Below, in pieces: positions 59,431-64,000 of a stretch of DNA of 64,000 bases. A model generated the notes under the pieces. That model worked only from the letters and a program-made list of their open reading frames with translations, was not told the DNA's origin and searched no databases. Source of the stretch: Amoebophrya sp. A120. Its lineage: Eukaryota; Protista; Dinoflagellata. Position 1 is the stretch's first letter; every line of letters starts with the position of its first letter. Position numbers and translations under genes: made by a program. The stretch covers positions 124,001 to 188,000 of the forward strand of contig CAJINV010000017.1 of the NCBI GenBank assembly GCA_905178155.1, in the 5' to 3' direction.

Positions 59431-61372
59431 ACAAATGTGTCTAAGTTGTAATACTACGTAGAAGATGAACAACAACTTGCTTTTCTGCGTCTACTGCCAC
59501 GATTTTTTTGTGCTGTGGTACCGCAAGAACATAGATTGTGTTACCATGTAGGATTATTTCAAATTTTGAAGAAGCGCATCACCTTGTCGTGGCCTTGCTA
59601 TCAGCACATGCGCGACACTGCAGTTGAGCAAGCTATCAACAGAAATCCTTACGCTAAAACGGAAACGAAAAGTGATCGGCCAGTGCTGGTCAAGCAAGAA
59701 ACAAAAAAGTACTTATCACTAGGCCAAGCACACTTTTACGACAAAAATCATGACTATGACCACCGACGCTGCTGCTTTCTTTCAATTTGGCCACTTTTTT
59801 CGCTTTTGATTGGTCCAAAAACTTTGCTTTACGTGTATGATGTAAGTACTATGAGTTGAAACAAACTACGCACGCACGCGTGCTGTCGCTACACACAATT
59901 ATCCTTTTTCTGTACAAACAGTGAGAAAACTGTTTATCTCTCACTTTGAATATCGTCACTCTCAGAAAAACGCAGCAAAGCAAAAGCTTGTTAAGTAGCA
60001 AGCTAAGTTGTACGTATGCTTCCCAAATCTGTTTGACAGCGACACTGTGAATTGAACGAACTCAGAGCATTTTGAAAGAGGAGTAGACCGAACACTTTGA
60101 AAATTAACTGGAAGTCCTATATGTATTCTTTGGGCCTTCGCCTTTGGCTGCACAGAAGTACTAGATGTTGTGGACAATAGTCATTATATACAGAATTGGT
60201 CATAGCGCAAATAATTCCAGTCGGCACAAGGACGCTATACCATAGGATAGCGCCGTCCTATGTATAGGTATTTCGCATCTGCACAGGCCAGCTCTAAGTA
60301 ATCGGATCCGATACAATCAGCATCGCATGATGGCACCACTGGCGGCACGTGCAGCCTTGATGCTAAACATAGGGGACGCAGGAGCAAAGCACTCTCCTGC
60401 TATATTTTGGTTGGAACAGTTGAAGCTACAAATAGTCAACTTTTTTTATTCTCGCACGTATACTACAGAAGAAAGGTAAAGGATAAGGAAGGACCACAGG
60501 TGTCGAGTGATGCTCGAGCCACAGTGGAGCTAGTCCTTACGCATTTCATTTTGCATAGCGATAGTTTACCACGAGAAAAAAAAATAAAGGAAGACGAAGT
60601 CGAAGTTGTCTCTACTCATAGTTATAGATTTATCATATGTGATCATGGTCCTGTTTTGTTTTCTTAAAAGTGCTTTTGAGTTAGTTCATGTAGCTAGTTA
60701 CGTTTTCGCGTTCGCCTTTATTTGATGTGTATGACTGCTTGAGCGATCGAAGAGTACTAGTCCCTCCCTCGTAGTTCCTCTTTTACAATTGTTCCGTTTC
60801 CGAGAACATACGTCTCTTTCCCCTCTACAACACCAGCTGCGTCATGGTAGTGCTCTCATCAAATGCCTTTATTTTTCCGTCAGGCTTTATTCCTGAGGTC
60901 AATTGCTACAAGGAAATAAAGGAGTCAACAACATAGAACGCTACACGACGAAGAAGTAATAGATACTGTGGCACATCACCCAGTATTTTTCGTAGGGGAT
61001 CAACACACCAAAGGAACCCATCATGTCGTGGTCGTCGAGTTATTTACAGACTTAACACACATGAATTTCGCCCCCTTCTGGAGCTGGACGTCGGAAAGCA
61101 AAACCTCATTTAGAAACTTGTGTGCCCACAGCTTCGGGTCGAAGGTTGCGGAGGTTGCGGCGCTGCACTGAGAGGCGCTGTCCAACCGATTTGATCGCAG
61201 CGTACGTTGTTTGTTCTCCCATAAAAATCCGGCGAAAAACAGTCAGACCGAATGGCGCACGCGAACTATGCAGACTGCGAAGGCAGCCTCCGAGCTGCAG
61301 CATTCTCTTGTTCTAATCTAAGTGTGTCAATTATGTAATCTCCGCAAGCAGGTGTAGGGGCACGACCACCCC

Positions 61373-63835
61373 ATGATGATAATGTCGCCTCTAGTACAAA
61401 AATCGTCCTTCGACATGTGTTTCTTCTTTGTTGCGATCCCGCTAGCCATGGTTTGTCCGCCCGTTCCTGTTGCGATCGTACCTGTCTGGTCCCCTCTCGA
61501 TGTCTTTGTCGGAGTGGTTGCTGAGGAACAGGCAGCCCACCGGAACACTGTTGAAAATGATTCTACATCTACTACAGATTTTGTCAACATAACACAGACG
61601 CATTCCGATTCCGAGGATCGTCTTGAACAAGTGCCTGCTTCTGCTGCACTGGAAACAAGTCGTGAAGCTGCTACTGACACTGCAAGTAATCGTCCTGTTG
61701 CTTCTCATACAAGAAATGTGGAGGCACGAAGAGACAGAGACTTACAGCACGACAAGATCCTCGTGAAAATGGATGACATACACATAGATGAAAAACCACC
61801 AGAACAACACATCAAACAGGACAACGCCACACACAACAAACCCGGTGGAAGTTCTGCAGCTTCTGGTGCGCCGCATGGAGATCTTTCCACCACCTCCAAC
61901 ATCCATGCTCAACCCAAAGAGGAAAATAAGCAACGGAAATCATCAGACGATTTGCAACATCCCCTGCTGCTAAACTTTTTTCGGCGTAGCAGCCGTTTTA
62001 GTTACACGGTTGGCGCAGCGGTGTTTTTTCTGGATTTTCTGTTCGATAGCTACGAGTTTTTTGCGTCGTCCTTGCGGTGGATTTGGATAAACTGGCTGAT
62101 GCCAGGTAAGGACCAGCGTCCAAAGTCAAACACAACTTTCAAGGATGCAAGTAGTACGGCGACGAGCTCCTCAACGGCCCGAACGAAGCTTTTCACCCAA
62201 TACACGCAACAGCATTCGCTCTACTCAAGGCGCAGACTGCCGAGCGGTGGGACGCTAGAGGAAAATGGAAAAGATGAGAAGAAGAAGCACCAAAACGAAC
62301 GAAAGGATCTGGATCAGGAGCAACAGCAGGAACCCGCAAGAGGAAGAGGAAGAGCTGCGAAGCATCTTCTCACGGAAAGCGATCAACAGCTGGAAGCGGC
62401 TCATCGAGATCAAGTCCGAGAGAACGAAACAGCTAAAATGGCTAGCGGTAGCGCCACCAGCTCCAGCAACGACACCGAGCGTGACTTGAACAGTACGGTG
62501 GCTACGGCCGAGGTAGAAGATGAAAAAACGCCGGAAGAAGGACAAACTCAGCCGACGCCTGCAGCCAAGGAAGCGGATGTTGACCAACAAGCGCTGCAAG
62601 AAGAAGAACACTCTCCCACCGCTACGCACGAAAAAATTGATACCAAGTCCTCCGCCGCGGCAAACAGGAGCCCCAGCAAGGTTTCTTCCTCCGAGATGAA
62701 TTTGAATGATCCCCACGAACAAGAACAGCTGAAGAAAAGAAACAAATCTTCCTCGCACAATCTGAACCACTCTCTTCTGCACTGGATCCTGCGCATCATG
62801 GAGCTCTGTTTTTTCACCGCGCCAAATTTTGGTCTGTACGGACTGGGGGCAAAGGTGTTCTATGAACTGAAAATATGTTGTCTGGGTGCAGGAAAGACGC
62901 CACGAATTTGTGTTATTGAGTGATGCATGATGACACAACGATCTTTTGTATGGCATCCACGAGTCACAAGCTTTTCCTGTGGTATTGCGAGACCCATCGT
63001 GATCATTTGCATGACAAACTGAGTTTCACAGCATGACAAAAAAACTGCCCAATTGTATTCATTTTTATGCATCACAAAGAAATCATCGCTGTCCTTGAAG
63101 TTTCGCATCACAAATCCAGACCCAGACATATTTGCAATGCATATGCTCGAACTGTTGACCATTTCCGCGGAGGAGTTTGACCGGTTGGGCGAGAGCATTG
63201 ACATCGACCCGGACCAAGAGCCGCTTTTCCTGGTGGACAAGGTGATGCGCGGGGTCAGTGACTCGGGGGAACTGGAAATCGTGCAGCAACTGCGCGAGGT
63301 GGCTGAGGATTTAGAGAAGATGAAAAACTTCTTCCAGTACCACCTTGGTTATTCTACCGACCCGGACCACGCCCATTGGCCAACCGCGAGCTCAAACCAG
63401 GCGAGGAAAAGAGCAAAGGATCTTAAAGACCGGCGCAGTACTCTATCTTCACGGACCGCGACTGCAAATCAGACTGATGGTGCAGACGGTGTAATACTTT
63501 CGTCCGATGAGAACAGCTTCGGCGGGGGCACATCAAGTAGCAGTCACAACTTCAAAAATCCGCCGGTATTTACTCTCGAGGACCTGGTCCACCACACACA
63601 GAAGGGGGTCGAGAAAGTCTTTTCCTGGCTGCTTTTCTTCGCACACTACCTTTTCGTTTCTTTCGGGCTTTTGGTCTTTTTCAACGTGTTTTTCGTGTGG
63701 CTGGTGATGTGGCTTATCGTGTGGGGAAACGTGCGACTTACCGTGGACGGGCAGTCAGTGCTGGGCGAGCGGTGGATGGAGAGACGCCAGAACGACTTGA
63801 AATTTTTCCAAGGCTTTTTCCAACTGGCAATGTGA
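61373..63835 (+). CDS. Hypothetical membrane protein; exons 61373-62860 and 63149-63835 (may splice onward at the GTGAGT overlapping the stop)
   Basis: ORFs 61373 and 63053 join in frame (AKVF|ELLTIS); several hydrophobic segments. Confidence 0.7.
62861..63143. mobile_element. 283-nt TIR introner with family A-like ends, TSD TGTTC/TGCTC
   Basis: TATGAACTGAAAATATGTTGTCTGGGT...CCAGACCCAGACATATTTGCAATGCATA; four GCAT(G/C)ACAAA motifs. Confidence 0.88.
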
Positions 63836-64000
63836 GTGGAACGATGATGAGACAAAAAAAGTAAGTACTTACTAGTACGGGAGACGCGATTCTGATTTTA
63901 AAAGAATGATCTCTCGACCGAAAGGCTGCATCTTATTTCGCCTGAGCTCTATCGAATTGACGGCTTTTCAGTTCGTCGGACTGTCGGTAGCGCAAAGTGA

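Noticed and set aside
1-64000. tRNA, rRNA or CRISPR arrays
   Set aside because: No cloverleaf, rRNA signature or regular repeat-spacer array was recognised by eye.

Overview
Eukaryotic, gene-dense genomic DNA. About 15 protein-coding genes all lie on the + strand. Recognisable products are a CNOT1/Not1 C-terminal-domain protein, an SR/polyQ-rich protein, a COPI-associated Golgi membrane protein, a complete cytoplasmic dynein-2 heavy chain (21901-38458, 12 exons, about 4738 aa as I reconstruct it), a TET/JBP-like 2OG-Fe(II) dioxygenase with an AT-hook, a RING-H2 protein and a membrane-anchored aspartic protease. The dominant signal is 18 short (77-310 nt) non-coding elements inserted into coding sequence. 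Each begins TAT and ends ATA and has terminal inverted repeats (TIRs). Fourteen have a perfect 5-nt target-site duplication (TSD) and four a degenerate one. Removing the element plus 5 nt restores the reading frame, with no GT-AG at that length. They form several families, two of which occur in both orientations, and most share an internal GCAT(G/T/C)ACAAA motif. One canonical intron looks like a decayed copy. These are MITE-like non-canonical introns (introners). With the one-strand gene layout this points, by inference, to an Amoebophrya-like syndinian dinoflagellate, where such introns are already known in general terms. All splice models were derived by eye from DNA and are not confirmed by RNA.
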